The translations under genes were made by a program, and so were the position numbers. A stretch of 63,757 bases of DNA, filler included, from Octopus bimaculoides (taxonomy: Eukaryota): assembly GCF_001194135.2 (NCBI RefSeq). It is 6 parts of 6 records of this genome, joined end to end, with 100 filler letters (N's around TTAATTAATTAA, not from the genome) between each part and the next. Parts side by side here need not be neighbours in the genome. Positions count along the whole stretch, not along the records: positions 61,240 to 63,757 come from NW_026380529.1; 5 more parts are not named here. One strand, written 5' to 3'. The first letter of the stretch is position 1, and each line of letters opens with the position of its first letter. The notes beneath the pieces were generated by a model that was not told where the DNA came from, did not search any database, and saw only the letters and a list, made by a program, of their open reading frames with translations. Positions 61,240-63,757 of the stretch are shown here, in pieces.

Positions 61240-63757
61240 CGAACGAACGTAAGTACGTACGAACGAAACAACGAACGAACGCATGTACGAACGTACGAAC
61301 GAACGACCGAACGGTCGAAGGGACGAACGAACGATCTTACGTACGTACATACGAACGAACGAACGAAGGAACTAGCTAACGAATGTAAGTACGTAGATAA
61401 GTGCGTATGAACCAACGGTCGAACGAAAGAATGTACGTACGTACGTACGTACGAATGAACAAACGAACGTACATACGTATGAACGAACGAAAGAACGAAC
61501 GTACGTAGGTACGAAAAAAACGAACGAACGAACGAACAAACGAACAACGAACGAACGGACGTACGAACGGACGTATGAACGAACGAACGAACGGACGTAC
61601 GTAGGTACGAAAGAATGAGCAAACGAACGTACGTTCGTAAGTACGTACGTGCGTATGTACGAACGAAGGAACGAACGAAAGAATGAACGTACGTAAATAC
61701 GTATGTACGAACGAACGATCGTACGTACGTACATACGAACGAACGAGCGAAGGAACTAGCGTACGAACGAACATTCGAATGAATGTACGTACGTATGTAA
61801 ATACGTACCTAAGTACGTACGTACGAATGAACAAACGAACGTACATACGTACGAACGAAAGAACGAACTAACCAAAGAATGAACCAATGAAAGAACTAAC
61901 GGACGAACGGACGAACGTACGTACGTAGGATCGACCGAGCGAACGAACGAACGAACGAATGTACGTACGTACGTATGGACGAACGAAAGCATCTACGTAC
62001 GCCCGGACGTACGAACGAACGAGCATAACTACGTATGTATGAACGAACGAATGTACGTACGTACAAACGAACGAACGAATGAACGAAATGAAAGAACGAG
62101 TGAACGTACGAACGTACGTAACTCAGAACGAAAGTACGAACGAACTAACGAATGAACTTACGTACGTACGAACGAACGTTCCTACGTTATTACGTATATA
62201 CGATCGAACGAACGAACGAACACAAGAACGAACGTAGGAACGTACGTTCTGACGAGCGAAATAACGAATGAAAGAACCCATGAACAAACAAAAGAACGAC
62301 CGAACGAAAAAATAAACGTACGTACGTCCTTATGAACGAACGAACGTACGTACGTACGTAAGTACGTACGCACGAACGAACGAACGAACGTACGTACGAA
62401 CTAACGATCGAACGCACNNNNNNNNNNNNNNNNNNNNNNNNNNNNNNNNNNNNNNNNNNNNNNNNNNNNNNNNNNNNNNNNNNNNNNNNNNNNNNNNNNN
62501 NNNNNNNNNNNNNNNNNNNNNNNNNNNNNNNNNNNNNNNNNNNNNNNNNNNNNNNNNNNNNNNNNNNNNNNNNNNNNNNNNNNNNNNNNNNNNNNNNNNN
62601 NNNNNNNNNNNNNNNNNNNNNNNNNNNNNNNNNNNNNNNNNNNNNNNNNNNNNNNNNNNNNNNNNNNNNNNNNNNNNNNNNNNNNNNNNNNNNNNNNNNN
62701 NNNNNNNNNNNNNNNNNNNNNNNNNNNNNNNNNNNNNNNNNNNNNNNNNNNNNNNNNNNNNNNNNNNNNNNNNNNNNNNNNNNNNNNNNNNNNNNNNNNN
62801 NNNNNNNNNNNNNNNNNNNNNNNNNNNNNNNNNNNNNNNNNNNNNNNNNNNNNNNNNNNNNNNNNNNNNNNNNNNNNNGTAGGTACGAAAATACGATCGA
62901 ACGAAGAAACGAACGAACGAACTTACGTACGTAAATACGTATGAACTATAAAACGATCGAATGTACGAAATAACGAACGTACGTACTTAGGTACGAAAGA
63001 ATGAGCGATCGAACGTACGTACTGACGTAAGTTCGTAAGTACGTACGTGCATACGTACGAACGAGCGAAAGAACGAACGTACGTTCATACGTACGAACGT
63101 ACGAACAAAACAACGAACGAACGATCGTACGTACGTACGTACATACGAACGAACGAGCGAACGAATGTACGTACGTAGATAAGTGCGTACGCACGAACGA
63201 ATGATCGAACGTAGGAACGTACGTACGTATGAACTAACGTGCGAACGTACGTACGAATGCACGAAAGAACGATCGAACGAACGTACGTACGCACAAATGA
63301 ACGAACGTATATACGTACGTACGAACGATTGAGCGAACGAATGAACGTACGTACGTGTGTACGTACGAACGAAACAACGAACGTACATTTGTACGTACGT
63401 TCATACGTACGAAAGAACGAACGAACGAAACAACGAACGTATGTACGAACGTACGACCGAACGGTCGAAGGAACGAACGAAAGAACGAACGAATGATCTT
63501 ACGTATGTACGTACATACGAACGAACGAACGAACGAACGAACTAGCTAATGGACGTACGTACGTAGATAAGTGCGTATGAACCAACGGTCGAACGAAAGA
63601 ATGTACGTACGTAAATACGTACCCAAGTACGTACGTACGAATGAACAAACGAACTAACTACAGAATGAACCAACGAAAGAACTAACGGACGAACGTACAA
63701 ACGACCGGTACTTAAGTACGTATGTACGAAAGAACGACCGAACGAAGGAACGAACGA
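61240..63757. repeat. Complex CpG-rich satellite built from ACGT/ACGA tetramers, with higher-order repeats
   Basis: Read directly. An identical 55-mer occurs at 61389-61443 and 63559-63613. The array is interrupted by a gap and runs off the window end. Confidence 0.95.

Overview
This is eukaryotic, AT-rich, repeat-saturated genomic DNA with roughly 8 kb of assembly gaps. The SINE families and microsatellite load point to a coleoid cephalopod, most likely an Octopus draft scaffold; that is inferred from my recognition of the repeats, not from a database search. I cannot support any intact protein-coding gene, tRNA, rRNA or CRISPR array. Nearly all long ORFs in the track are translations of microsatellites or N runs. 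The window contains: (i) about 40 tRNA-derived SINE copies in at least three groups, several with clean TSDs, some in head-to-tail arrays; (ii) decayed pieces of R4/Dong-like, HERO-like, RTE-like and Penelope-like retroelements; (iii) mariner relics and a TTAA-flanked piggyBac-type MITE; (iv) many microsatellites and a CpG-rich ACGT/ACGA satellite at the right end. The most interesting observations are a 3 x 118-bp protein-like repeat whose units are each offset by +1 nt (7234-7585), a 2 x 2 head/tail modular SINE matrix, SINE arrays with array-specific linkers, a minimal hammerhead ribozyme fold (56584-56629, minus), and R4/Dong RT fragments attached to (AAT)n arrays. Most element boundaries are approximate (about 10-20 nt) unless TSDs or TIRs are quoted.
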